The notes beneath the pieces were generated by a model, which was not told the DNA's origin, made no database searches, and was given only the letters and a program-made list of their open reading frames with translations. Both the position numbers and the translations under genes were made by a program. A stretch of 64,000 nt of DNA, from assembly GCA_049966395.1 (NCBI GenBank), contig JBMFUT010000001.1:32779-96778 (forward strand). The letters run 5' to 3'. This DNA is from Candidatus Micrarchaeia archaeon (lineage in GTDB: Archaea; Micrarchaeota; Micrarchaeia; Micrarchaeales; CABMGC01). Positions 8,181 to 18,227 of the stretch are shown piece by piece (positions within the stretch are counted from its first letter, which is position 1; every line of letters begins with the position of its first letter).

Positions 8181-10589
8181 ATGCGCATACTCCCAACGCT
8201 GCTAGAAGACGAAATGCAGTTGAGCTACCTAGACTACGCCATGAGCGTAATAATAGGGAGGGCAATACCTGATGCTCAGGACGGCCTTAAGCCTGCGCAG
8301 AGGAGAATCCTCTACGCCATGTACAACATAAATAACACGCACGACCAGCCAACAAAAAAGAGCGCGAGGATAGTGGGAGAAGTTATAGGCAAATTCCATC
8401 CGCACGGAGACACCGCCGTATACGAGGCGCTCGTAAGAATGGCGCAGGACTTTTCGATGAACCACACTTTTGTGGAAGGCCAGGGAAACTTCGGTTCCAT
8501 AGACGGAGATCCGCCCGCAGCCATGCGTTACACAGAAGTTAGGCTTACCCGGCTGGCAGAAGAGATGCTTGCCGACATAGAAAAGGAAGTGGTTGATTTC
8601 GTACCCAACTTCGACAACACCGAAAAGGAGCCGGTGCTTCTCCCAGCAAAACTGCCTAACCTGCTTGTAAACGGAGCTTCTGGCATTGCAGTAGGAGTTG
8701 CAACAAGCATACCCCCTCACAATCTTGGCGAGGTGTGCGATGCGGTTGTATATGCAATAGACCATCCGGACTACACTCCTGACGATCTGCTCGGAATAAT
8801 AAAAGGGCCTGACTTCCCTACCGGAGGCATTGCGCTCATGAGCGAATCCTCTTTTGCCGGATACAGGCACGGCCGCGGAAGAGTTACTATAAAAGCGCTT
8901 GCGGAAATAAACGACAGCGACATAATAATAACAGAAATCCCTTATGGAGTTAACAAGTCCACGCTCATAGAGGAAATGGCGAACCTCGCGAGGGAGAAAA
9001 AAATAAACGGGATAAGCGACATACGCGACGAGAGCGGCAAGGAGGGAATAAGGATAAGGATAAAGCTGAAGAATTCAAACGGCGAGCAGGTGCTGAACTT
9101 CCTGTTCAAGCACACGCAGCTCATGGTGACTTTTCCAATAATAAACCTGGCAGTAGTGGGCAACACGCTTAAAAACTTCAACATTTCGCAGTTTATTGCC
9201 ACTTTCATAAACCACAGGAGGAACGTGATAAGGAGGCGCACAGAGCACGACTTGGCAGCCGCCAAGGAGCGCACCCACATACTAGAAGGGCTGCTGGTTG
9301 CGATAGAGAACATAGACGGCGTGATAAAAATAATAAAGGGCAGCAGCGAGATCGCTAGCGCAAGGCAAGCGCTTGTTTCCTCTTACAATATAACCGAGAA
9401 GCAGGCAAACGCGATACTGGACATGAAGCTAGGCAGGCTGACAAGTCTCGAGCGCGGAGCCATAACTTCTGAAAAAGCAGAGCTGGACAAGAAAATTGCA
9501 TACTATGGGGAAATACTTTCAGATCAGAACAAAATAGACGGCATAATAAAGGAAGAAACGCAGGAAATAAGAAAGAAGTACGGGAGGGCGAGAAGGACAC
9601 GCATAGAGGTCACATCAGAAGAGCCTGGAGACATAGAAGATGAGGAAACAATACCTAACGAAAAGACAATAATAGTATTCACAAACACCGGCTACATAAA
9701 GAGAATGAGCCCCGCCAACTACAAGGAACAGATGCGTGGCGGCAGAGGAGTAGTAGCAATAAACCTCAAGGAGGGTGACTATACAAAGCAGATACTGCGC
9801 TGCTACACCAAAGAGACGCTCTTGTGCATAACAGACAAGGGCAACGCTTACTGGATGAAAGCATACATGGTACCCGAAGGGTCGAGGTACTCCGAGGGCA
9901 AGGCGATAGTAAACATGCTCAACCTAAAGGACGAGCGCGTGATATACATATCTAACGTAAGCGACTTTTCCACATCTAAAATATTGTTCTTGACCAGGAA
10001 GGGTACAATAAAGAAAGTCGACGCAGTGCGCTTCTCAAGGCCGAGATCAACAGGCATACGCGCCATATCGATAGGGGAAAACGATTCGGTTGCCGACATA
10101 CGCATATACAACCAAGCGAAATACATATTTGTGGCCACAAGAGGCGGGAAGATAATAAAGTTCGAGGAGAATACCCTAAGGTCTGTGGGAAGATCTGCGA
10201 TGGGCGTCAGGGGAATAAGACTGAGGGAAGGAGACGAAGCCATAAACGTGATAACCTCAAACGACGAAGGCAGCATACTTTCAATAACGCAAAACGGATA
10301 CGGAAAGCTCACACCGGTGAGCAAATACAGGACCCAGCGTCGTGGAGGCAAGGGCGTGATAAACCTCAAGGTGAGCCAAAAAACAGGCAGCGTCGCAAAG
10401 GTACTTGTGGCAGCCGGTAACGAAAGTGCAACACTAATAAACTCGAAGGGCATTGCAATAACTTTCGAGGTTGAATCTATACGCACAACAGGCAGGGCGG
10501 CAAGCGGAGTAAGGCTCATGCGCCTTCCGGAAGGAGCCAAAGTGGTAGACGCGATGCTGGAGGAAAAGGGAGTAGCAGACGCAAGCTGA
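8181..10589 (+). CDS. gyrA: DNA gyrase subunit A
   Basis: [21 protein letters not shown] (catalytic Tyr), GyrA-box-like QMRGGRG and QRRGGKG, beta-pinwheel repeats. Confidence 0.98.
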   Translation: MRILPTLLEDEMQLSYLDYAMSVIIGRAIPDAQDGLKPAQRRILYAMYNINNTHDQPTKKSARIVGEVIGKFHPHGDTAVYEALVRMAQDFSMNHTFVEGQGNFGSIDGDPPAAMRYTEVRLTRLAEEMLADIEKEVVDFVPNFDNTEKEPVLLPAKLPNLLVNGASGIAVGVATSIPPHNLGEVCDAVVYAIDHPDYTPDDLLGIIKGPDFPTGGIALMSESSFAGYRHGRGRVTIKALAEINDSDIIITEIPYGVNKSTLIEEMANLAREKKINGISDIRDESGKEGIRIRIKLKNSNGEQVLNFLFKHTQLMVTFPIINLAVVGNTLKNFNISQFIATFINHRRNVIRRRTEHDLAAAKERTHILEGLLVAIENIDGVIKIIKGSSEIASARQALVSSYNITEKQANAILDMKLGRLTSLERGAITSEKAELDKKIAYYGEILSDQNKIDGIIKEETQEIRKKYGRARRTRIEVTSEEPGDIEDEETIPNEKTIIVFTNTGYIKRMSPANYKEQMRGGRGVVAINLKEGDYTKQILRCYTKETLLCITDKGNAYWMKAYMVPEGSRYSEGKAIVNMLNLKDERVIYISNVSDFSTSKILFLTRKGTIKKVDAVRFSRPRSTGIRAISIGENDSVADIRIYNQAKYIFVATRGGKIIKFEENTLRSVGRSAMGVRGIRLREGDEAINVITSNDEGSILSITQNGYGKLTPVSKYRTQRRGGKGVINLKVSQKTGSVAKVLVAAGNESATLINSKGIAITFEVESIRTTGRAASGVRLMRLPEGAKVVDAMLEEKGVADAS

Positions 10590-13361
10590 TTATTCTGCGT
10601 CAGCCCAGAATTTCCTGGTGCGTATGAATGATTTCTGCGCGTTTATCAAATCCAGCAGAAAAAGCCTGTAGTCTTTCCTAACGAACTTGAGAATGCGCGC
10701 CGCAGTGGAAAGCCCTATGCCATAAGTCGACAAAGCAAAAAGCGCGCGCTTGCCGTATGCTGCCACAAGATCTGCGCCCATAAGCATCTCGCCGCGCATC
10801 TTCTGCTCCTCCTTTCCAAGCGTTTTATGGTTCTTCATCTTTGCCATCAAGTCAGAATATTTTTCCTCGTAGACTGTCACCATCGGGCTGCCGCACACAG
10901 GGCACGTTATATTTTCATGCTCCCCTATCTCGCCAATCTTCTTGCCGAATACGAAGCCGCAGTAGGTGCAAAGCATTTCGACGTTCTTGTTCTCAGTCTC
11001 TTCTGCAAACTGCTTTATTTCTGCGTCAGTGGGCAGCAGAGGCAGCATAAGCTCTTTGTAGTAGTATGAAGATTTGAGTATCTCCTCTGTGAGCGGAGAT
11101 CCGGCGTCCCTGAAAATTTTAATATTGATGCTGCCTTCCCTCAGCATCTTCTGAAAAGCTGAAACTGTGCCAATGTCTAGGTAGTTTTTGTAAAGATCCC
11201 TAAGCGTCTCTTTTTCTATGGGCGTGCCTTTGTAGAATGCCGCCAGTCTGGCAACAGTGCTCTTTTTCAGCATCGCCTTCTTGCTTGCCACTCCAAAAAG
11301 CTTCAGCACGTGGATAAACTTGTACTTGAAAAGCTCCGAATTGGAAAGGAAGGCGCTGACCATGCTGCCCTCCAGATCTATGCTCTTGAAAGCTTCAAAC
11401 GCCCTGAAAATATCGGGTCTTCTATTAGCTTGGCTGTAATCTATTATGACGGAATACGGAGTTGACTTGACATTTATGCCAGATGCGCTCGATGCGAGTA
11501 TGCCCCCAAGGACCCTTCCGAGCAGCTCGTTTGCCATTTTTCCTAGCGCGGCGTAAACTACAGCGTAATTATCTGTCTCCTCGATGCAAACGGAATCGTT
11601 TGACGGCACGAAGAACTTCTCCTGGCCGTAGAGTAGGGCGCGCACATCCTCGGCCGCGCCCTTGTCCATCACGCTTTCAAGAGTCTTGATGCGCTTGCTG
11701 TCAAGAAGCTCAAAGACCTTGTTTGCCACAGTGTAAGAAACAGGGATGTCCTCCCCCTCCCACTCTGGTATGGCCGCTTCGAAGTCGAAGCTAGGCTCTA
11801 CGTAAATGCTGTCTTTGTCAATGCTTACCACCTTCCATGGCAGTCCTTTTATTATGAACACGCCGCCCTCTTCGATGTTGCTGGAGACGAATCTCTCGTC
11901 AAGGGTGGATATTATCCTTCCGCCAACGGCCCCTTTTACGAAGAATCTTGAGGAATCAGGAATAACACTTATATTCTCTATGAAGTAGTTGCGTGTCTTT
12001 CCTGTGGCGCCTATGTATCCTTTTTCTATTCTTATCATCCTCAGTGCTGCGGCAAACTCCACAATACCTTTGAAATCCTCAATTCTGAGCCTCGAATAAG
12101 GCGCAGCCCCCTTAAATATGCCATATGCTTCTTCTACGCTTATCCTCTTACGCTCTAGCGCCATGCCGCACAGTTGGTTCACTAGGACGTCGGCCGCCAG
12201 CTCCTCTATTCCCCTTTCCTCGAGCTTTTTCTCTGACGCCAGGATGCACAACGCCGCAGATTCTATTGCGTCTATTGAGCTCGCCACAACTATCTTCCCC
12301 TTTGACACCTTTCCTATGGAGTGCCCGCTTCTTCCAACCCGCTGCACAAGCCTGGTAACCTGCCTTGGAGATGCGTACTGTATTACAAGGTCAACGTTGC
12401 CGACGTCAATCCCAAGCTCTAGCGAGCTTGTTGCCGCAATTGCCTTTATTTTGCCCTCCTTGAACTGGTCCTCTATTTTTATCCTTTCTTCCCTGTCAAG
12501 AGAGCCGTGGTGTATGCCAATGCCTCCGAAAGGGGTGACTTTGTCTATGTAGACAAGCTTGCTTCCTATCGATTCCACCACGCTTCTGGTGTTCGCAAAA
12601 AATATTGTAGATTTGTTATCCTTTATCATCTGGGCTATTCTTTCAAGCCTTGCAATAGCCGCGCCGTCAAGTTTAAACAAATCCTTGAGCCCTTTCACGC
12701 TGTTGGCAGGCGTCTTCGGCATTTCGACCTCTATCTGCATTTGCTTCGCGGAATTTGCGTCTACTATCTCGCATTTCCTATCGCCGCACAGGAACCTCGC
12801 GACAGTTTTTGCGTTGCCTATTGTCGCGCTTATGCCAACCCTCTGGAATTCCCCCGAAATCTTTGCGATTCTTTCTAGTGCCACTGCAAGCTGCGCCCCG
12901 CGCTTGTTGAAGTAAAGTTCGTGTATCTCGTCTACAATGACAAACTTCAGATTAGACAAGGCTCCGCGGAGCCTGCCAGAAAGCAGTATGCTCTGCAGGC
13001 TTTCAGGAGTTGTTATCATTACTTGTGGCGGGGAGACGCTCTGCCTTGCCCTCTCTTTTCTTGTAGTATCCCCGTGCCTGACCTCTATAGTTATGCCGAG
13101 ATTTTTGCCCATTTCAGAAAGTCTCTTGAGCAGATCCCTGTTGAGTGCCCTGAGCGGCGTTACATATATGCAAGATATGCTGCTCATGCCTTCTTGCTTT
13201 ATCCTGTTCAATATGGGCAGCAACCCAGCTTCAGTCTTGCCTGTGCCTGTAGGCGCAACTATTATGCAGTTTGCGCCGCTCTCCACTACTGGAAAAGCCT
13301 TTTCCTGGACTTCTGTAAAAGAAGGGAATTTTTCCAAGAAAAGCTTGTAGGCATCAGTCAA
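10590..13361 (-). CDS. lhr: Lhr-family ATP-dependent helicase with a C-terminal zinc finger
   Basis: APTGTGKT, PLRALNRD, DEIH, SATIG, SSLELGIDVG, QRVGRSGH, C-terminal CTYC...CPVC. Confidence 0.93.
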   Translation of the reverse strand: MTDAYKLFLEKFPSFTEVQEKAFPVVESGANCIIVAPTGTGKTEAGLLPILNRIKQEGMSSISCIYVTPLRALNRDLLKRLSEMGKNLGITIEVRHGDTTRKERARQSVSPPQVMITTPESLQSILLSGRLRGALSNLKFVIVDEIHELYFNKRGAQLAVALERIAKISGEFQRVGISATIGNAKTVARFLCGDRKCEIVDANSAKQMQIEVEMPKTPANSVKGLKDLFKLDGAAIARLERIAQMIKDNKSTIFFANTRSVVESIGSKLVYIDKVTPFGGIGIHHGSLDREERIKIEDQFKEGKIKAIAATSSLELGIDVGNVDLVIQYASPRQVTRLVQRVGRSGHSIGKVSKGKIVVASSIDAIESAALCILASEKKLEERGIEELAADVLVNQLCGMALERKRISVEEAYGIFKGAAPYSRLRIEDFKGIVEFAAALRMIRIEKGYIGATGKTRNYFIENISVIPDSSRFFVKGAVGGRIISTLDERFVSSNIEEGGVFIIKGLPWKVVSIDKDSIYVEPSFDFEAAIPEWEGEDIPVSYTVANKVFELLDSKRIKTLESVMDKGAAEDVRALLYGQEKFFVPSNDSVCIEETDNYAVVYAALGKMANELLGRVLGGILASSASGINVKSTPYSVIIDYSQANRRPDIFRAFEAFKSIDLEGSMVSAFLSNSELFKYKFIHVLKLFGVASKKAMLKKSTVARLAAFYKGTPIEKETLRDLYKNYLDIGTVSAFQKMLREGSINIKIFRDAGSPLTEEILKSSYYYKELMLPLLPTDAEIKQFAEETENKNVEMLCTYCGFVFGKKIGEIGEHENITCPVCGSPMVTVYEEKYSDLMAKMKNHKTLGKEEQKMRGEMLMGADLVAAYGKRALFALSTYGIGLSTAARILKFVRKDYRLFLLDLINAQKSFIRTRKFWADAE

Positions 13362-13365
13362 CCTA

Positions 13366-14997
13366 TCACGATGGGCTTAGGCCATTGATTACAGCCGTGC
13401 CGAATGCATGCTCGACGCTTCCGTTGTAGGTGTAATTCAGTGAAAGGGTAAGGTACAAGTCAAGAGGGAAGCCGCTAAGCTTGGAGCTGCCTTCGTAGCA
13501 TGGTATTGTGAAATTGGCCGTTTCCCCAGGCTGCAAGGTGGCATTAAGCTGCGCATATCTGCCCTGCTGCTGGAAGTAACAAGAGGCGCTTTTCAGCTCT
13601 GCTGCTCCTTTCATGCTGTTGGTTATCCCTATTGTAAGGTTGCTGTATGCAAGCACCGGATTGCTGCATCCAATGCTGGAGTTGGCGAAGCTGCAGTAGC
13701 TTGAAAATGGCGAGGTAAAACTCATAGAATGCCCCTTTAGCCCTAGCATCGAGAGCAGGCGTATGTTGCTCGGTATGCTGTACATTATCCTAGATGTGTT
13801 GGCGAAAGAGATTACGCTGGCGTTGTAGCCGCCTATTATCTCGGTCGTTCTAACAAGAGAAACGCTGCCGAGGCTGCCATTTAGCGGAAACACGTACGCG
13901 CTGCAGTAGTTGGTGTTGTTTGCAGAGCTTATAATGCCTATGCATTTTGGCGTGTTTGAGGGCACCAGGTTTGAGATGCTTGCCATGGCGACAGTGCTAG
14001 CATTAAGCAAAAGCACGGTTGCATAAGACGTGTTTTCTATCCTCGAGGTTTCAAAGTAGCTAAGCTGCTCGTAGCTGCTGTTGTAAGAGTTTCTCAGCAG
14101 CGCCTCGCTCTCTGAGACAGACGGGTAGCTACTGTTGTAAGAGGCGCCCAATATGTCTGTGCAGCTTGCGTTGCCGTAATAAGAGAGCGTCTTTAACCAT
14201 CCTCCAGAGTACCAGCTGCACAAGGTTCCTTTGCCTCCAAGCTTCACTACTGTTATATTTGTGTTTCCTATTGCGGCATGAGTGGCATTCATCCCGCTGG
14301 CGTTTGCCGCGATGCCTATTATTGACGGGCTAAGGAATCCCCTTAACCACAGCGAGTATGCTTCACTGCCGTTTTGATAAGAAGCGTCAGCGACAGAGAC
14401 ATTCCTTATGTAGCTAGAGGTTATGTTTATGAGCCTTGAGATCAGCGCGGCGCTCTGCACATTTGCGCCTATGCCGTAGGCACTCCTTATGTATTCGGCA
14501 GTCATGAGGCCAGCGGCGCTGCCCTGCGCGCTTGAAAAGTTGGCCGCGCCCGGAGGAATGACAGCATATGGCCTTGCAGCTTCAGGTTCTTCAACGAATA
14601 TGCGTATTGTAGATTTGGCGCTGTTCCTGTTCTGCACATTGTATACCTTGCCCAAATCTGCAACCGCCGAGATGTTGTAGGCTCCGCTGCCCTCAGGCGT
14701 GAAGTTATAATATATTGTAGCCTCTTTGCCAGGTGGCATTGTGACAAGATATACAGAGCTGAGGTTGCCGTTTACGAGTATGCTTATGCTCAAGTTCCTG
14801 AATGCCGCGCTCCCGACGTTGCTTACGTTCACTGGCAGCCGCACCTCGCTGAATGGGTAAACGCTTCCAAAGGAAGATTGATTTGCAGAAAACGAAACAG
14901 ACACTCCTATTGCAGGCTGGTAATAATACCTGAAGTAAATGGCAGCAGCTGCCACGGCTATGAAAAACATGGCCCAGAAGTAAAACTCTTTTTTCAT
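13366..14997 (-). CDS. Membrane-anchored surface glycoprotein with a CARDB/Ig-like domain
   Basis: N-terminal TM helix, VNVSNVG...PGKEAT...GAYNISAVAD CARDB-like motif, many N-x-S/T sequons and Cys pairs. Confidence 0.7.
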   Translation of the reverse strand: MKKEFYFWAMFFIAVAAAAIYFRYYYQPAIGVSVSFSANQSSFGSVYPFSEVRLPVNVSNVGSAAFRNLSISILVNGNLSSVYLVTMPPGKEATIYYNFTPEGSGAYNISAVADLGKVYNVQNRNSAKSTIRIFVEEPEAARPYAVIPPGAANFSSAQGSAAGLMTAEYIRSAYGIGANVQSAALISRLINITSSYIRNVSVADASYQNGSEAYSLWLRGFLSPSIIGIAANASGMNATHAAIGNTNITVVKLGGKGTLCSWYSGGWLKTLSYYGNASCTDILGASYNSSYPSVSESEALLRNSYNSSYEQLSYFETSRIENTSYATVLLLNASTVAMASISNLVPSNTPKCIGIISSANNTNYCSAYVFPLNGSLGSVSLVRTTEIIGGYNASVISFANTSRIMYSIPSNIRLLSMLGLKGHSMSFTSPFSSYCSFANSSIGCSNPVLAYSNLTIGITNSMKGAAELKSASCYFQQQGRYAQLNATLQPGETANFTIPCYEGSSKLSGFPLDLYLTLSLNYTYNGSVEHAFGTAVINGLSPS

Positions 14998-15012
14998 CAG
15001 AACACCGTCGTT

Positions 15013-15477
15013 TCAGTAGCTTTTGCTCTTCAAGTGATTTATAGCTTCCCCTATCTTCGCTGCGATATCCTTGTACTCTGCCTCGAACAGGCTTCTGGCC
15101 CAAACGCCGGCGTCGTACCTATCCCCAATGCTCGGTGGCTTGAAATAGAATTTTCCCTCCTTGTTTTCTATTATGCCCATGTTCTTCAGCCTGAGCAAGT
15201 GATACCTTAGCGTTTTCTCGTTTATTGGCTCCCAGTTGCTGTCTATGTAGCCCTTAAGTTCTTCCGCACTGGGGTCAACCTTATTTATGAACTGGAAATT
15301 TATGAGCGCGTCGAGCACAGCCACAGCGCTGAGCCTCGATTCCCCTGGATTTATCACTCCGAGCGTAAGCGCAAGCCATCTGACTATGGACCTTTTTGTC
15401 TCAAGGACCTCGCCAGTGAGCCTGAGGTTCCTGAGCGTTATTTCTTTTTCTATGAGCGCAGACTCGTTGAGCTCCGC
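15013..15477 (-). CDS. Winged-helix domain protein; start uncertain (non-canonical GCG 15477 or ATT 15489, or GTG 15357)
   Basis: NEKTLRYHLLRLKNMGIIE HTH. The open frame extends 40+ codons upstream of GTG 15357 (ELNESALIEKEITLRNL...RSIVRWLALTLG), with a GGTGA RBS at 15482-15486. Confidence 0.65.
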   Translation of the reverse strand, partial: AELNESALIEKEITLRNLRLTGEVLETKRSIVRWLALTLGVINPGESRLSAVAVLDALINFQFINKVDPSAEELKGYIDSNWEPINEKTLRYHLLRLKNMGIIENKEGKFYFKPPSIGDRYDAGVWARSLFEAEYKDIAAKIGEAINHLKSKSY

Positions 15478-15732
15478 GGAATCACCAATACAAAGTGCAA
15501 GTCAAATTGAATCAGAGCCTAGCAGCATTATTGCGCCTTAGACTGCGCGCAACACCAGCAGCTGCGAGAGCGGCCCTATTATGCGTTTTTTGCCTGCATA
15601 TATTTTTATATTGCATTGCCCATATACTTATAAAATTGTTTAGCCCGCCATAGCCCTTCGATTGGAATAGAATTCGCTCAAAGAACAGGCAACCGCTTGA
15701 TTTGTTTGTTGCGCAATGCTGCAGGCGAATGG

Positions 15733-15948
15733 ATGCCGAAATACTACAAAGTTTACGATTCAAAAAACACGGTGTACGTGACATTTGACGACAGTGGCGC
15801 GGTGATAATAAAAGACGAATCAGGAAAGAAGGTATTTCTGTCGAAGAAGCAGGCAGACCTTATGAAATTCAGCATAGAGAGCCTTTTCAAGAACCTTTTC
15901 GAAAATCACGACGCCGAAGTTCATGTTGAAGAAATAAAAGAGGTATGA
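15733..15948 (+). CDS. Small hypothetical protein
   Basis: ATG 15733, coding-like composition, stop abuts the prefoldin start. Confidence 0.65.
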   Translation: MPKYYKVYDSKNTVYVTFDDSGAVIIKDESGKKVFLSKKQADLMKFSIESLFKNLFENHDAEVHVEEIKEV

Positions 15949-15950
15949 TT

Positions 15951-16289
15951 ATGCCAGAACAACCTACAACGGGCCAGGATGCGGAGAAGCTAATCAAGGA
16001 CTACCAGCTGTTGCAAGAACAGCTGCGCATAGCTGCCATGCAGGCAGACCAACTCAAGCTGCAGCAGGGCGAGCTCGCAACAGCAGAAGCAGAGGTAAGC
16101 AAAGCAACGGGCAAGGTGTACGTGACAATCGGCGGCATTATAGTAGAATCTGACAAGGAAGCCGCGCTTAAGAACATATCGGAGCGCAAGGAAAACAACG
16201 AAATAAGACTGCAGTCTGTAAACAAGCAGATAGCTGAGCTAAGGTCAAGGGAAAAGCAGCTGAGAGACAAGATATCCCAACTGAAGTGA
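15951..16289 (+). CDS. pfdB: Prefoldin beta subunit
   Basis: Coiled coil - KVYVTIGGIIVE hairpin - coiled coil; upstream of a DHH gene as in many archaea. Confidence 0.88.
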   Translation: MPEQPTTGQDAEKLIKDYQLLQEQLRIAAMQADQLKLQQGELATAEAEVSKATGKVYVTIGGIIVESDKEAALKNISERKENNEIRLQSVNKQIAELRSREKQLRDKISQLK

Positions 16290-16295
16290 AAGTCC

Positions 16296-17288
16296 ATGCC
16301 AAGCGTAGATTTTGAATACGTTTACAATTTCATAAAATCTAACTCTGGCAGGAAATTCCTCATAACTTTTCACTCTATAGGAGACAGGGATGGGGTTGGC
16401 GCGGCAATTGCTCTCTCAAAATACCTCACCAACTCCGTAGTTGCAACTCCTGATTACATAACAAGCAATGCAAAGCACATGCTGGAACATGCTGGGTACT
16501 CAAAAGAGATTCGCTCAGTGTATCCGGAGGACGCGGAGATAATAATAGTGCTTGACACCAACAATTTCAAGTCTTTGGGCGGCTTCGCCAGCACCATAAT
16601 AAATTCCGGAAAGCAGGTGCTCTTCATAGATCATCATCTGCTCTCTACAGGCCTAGAGCGAGACGCCATAATTTACAGCGACGAGAACTTCAATTCAACT
16701 TCCAGCATAGTTTACGAGCTGCTAAAGAGGCTCGGCCTGCCAATAGACAAGGAATCGGCAATCCTTCTCTTGAACGGAATAATATCAGACTCTGCCGACT
16801 TCCAGAACGCCACGCCGCAGACTTTCAGGCAGGTAGCCGATCTGCTGGACACGGCAAGGATGGAATATACAGACATACTAAGCTACTTTCACGAGAAAGT
16901 TCCACTTGCAAATAGGTATTCATTGATAAACGACATATTCGCCTCAAATGCAGAGATAGTCGGAGGCTACATAATCATCTATGGCAGGTCCAACATACAT
17001 GCCAATATCGCGGCAGACATGGCGCTGAGGCTTGGCGCAGACGCTTCACTCTTCTGGCTGATAAACGAAAAGGAGGTATCGATATCAGCAAGGCTCAGAC
17101 CTCCGCTTGACAGGAAGCTTTCGCTTCATCTGGGCAAGGTGATGCAGGATGCCTCCGAGATAATAGGAGGCAACGGCGGGGGGCATCCGTGCGCAGCAGG
17201 AGCATACGGCCCGGAGAAGGAAAGGGCACCTGACGCAATAGGCAAGATACTAGGAGAAATAAAATACAAATTTGCCGAAGGAAGGTAG
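16296..17288 (+). CDS. DHH/DHHA1 family phosphoesterase
   Basis: HSIGDRDG, VLDT, IDHH, GIISDS, GGGHPCAAG. Confidence 0.9.
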   Translation: MPSVDFEYVYNFIKSNSGRKFLITFHSIGDRDGVGAAIALSKYLTNSVVATPDYITSNAKHMLEHAGYSKEIRSVYPEDAEIIIVLDTNNFKSLGGFASTIINSGKQVLFIDHHLLSTGLERDAIIYSDENFNSTSSIVYELLKRLGLPIDKESAILLLNGIISDSADFQNATPQTFRQVADLLDTARMEYTDILSYFHEKVPLANRYSLINDIFASNAEIVGGYIIIYGRSNIHANIAADMALRLGADASLFWLINEKEVSISARLRPPLDRKLSLHLGKVMQDASEIIGGNGGGHPCAAGAYGPEKERAPDAIGKILGEIKYKFAEGR

Positions 17289-17299
17289 TCTCTAAGCAG

Positions 17300-17980
17300 T
17301 CAGACCCCTGCCAGAAGCGCAATGGCAACCCCTACAATCGCGCCTGCCAGTGCGCACATAAAGTTGGAAGTGTACTTGTTGCCAATTCCCTTCTCCTCGA
17401 AATACCCTAGAAAAGAGTCAGCGATGTTGCCTATAATTCCAGATACAAATATTATTGCCGCAAACGCGACATATGAAAGAATGCCGTGAGAAAGGAAGAA
17501 AGCCATGCATCCTATAAGCGCAGCCCCGACAGCGCTTGCAAATGTTCCCAAAACAGTTACTCCGCCAGAAGTCCCCTTTTCCACGCGCCTCAGCGAGATG
17601 AGTGAAATCGGGAAGCCGTCGAGCACCCCTATCTCGCTTGCGAACTTGTCTGCAGTTATCGCAGCTACGCTAGAAAAGTAAGCTATGCCTATGAGTACCG
17701 ACGGGGCGAAGTGGTGCGCTGCATTTATGCCGAAAAGCACAGCTATGGCCATGGGCACCAGGCCGTTTGCGAATACATTCTTGTAGCTTCTCGTCTTCTC
17801 GTACAAGCCGAGCTTCCTTTTCTTGGTAATGCCTACGTTTGTCACTATTGCAGAGAGGAAAAGGAACCAGAAGAGCATGCCGAAGGCAAGCAGGCCGAAG
17901 CTACCTCCGAAGACAAGCATTACAGCGCCTATGGCGACCCCGGCTTCTATGCCCTTTATGTCAAGCGTCAGAAACGGCAC
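17300..17980 (-). CDS. DUF92/TMEM19-family membrane protein
   Basis: RSYKNVFANG, ADKFASEIG, GTSGGVT.LG, DSFLG; probable GTG start at 17980. Confidence 0.88.
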   Translation of the reverse strand: MPFLTLDIKGIEAGVAIGAVMLVFGGSFGLLAFGMLFWFLFLSAIVTNVGITKKRKLGLYEKTRSYKNVFANGLVPMAIAVLFGINAAHHFAPSVLIGIAYFSSVAAITADKFASEIGVLDGFPISLISLRRVEKGTSGGVTVLGTFASAVGAALIGCMAFFLSHGILSYVAFAAIIFVSGIIGNIADSFLGYFEEKGIGNKYTSNFMCALAGAIVGVAIALLAGV

Positions 17981-18067
17981 ACAACCATCCATTTTTTTGG
18001 AATATTCCACTAATTAGAAAGACTTTTAAATCTTACATTTTATATAATATCACGGGTTCTCTACTGT

Positions 18068-18125
18068 AGGAAGGGTAAACTGGTCGCCTTGCCAGCACAT
18101 GTGAATGTGCTGGCCTCTTCCTTTT
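18068..18125 (+). ncRNA. Candidate orphan structured small RNA
   Basis: TTTATATA at 18039-18046; 8-bp closing stem, 15-nt bulge, perfect 10-bp stem with a GUGA (GNRA) loop, then a U-tract. Confidence 0.4.
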
Positions 18126-18227
18126 AGCAACTTTGCATCATCAGCTTACGCTTTGCCCAACGCTATTTAATGCCAGATAACTATTTATTGGTTGCCACTA
18201 TGCATACTGGATTTGCATCTGGCCTGG

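Noticed and set aside
18091..18114. Split-tRNA half (His GTG anticodon arm) or fragment of SRP, RNase P or 5S RNA
   Set aside because: The loop cannot form a 7-nt anticodon loop, there is no D or T arm, and no diagnostic conserved motifs at the right spacing.
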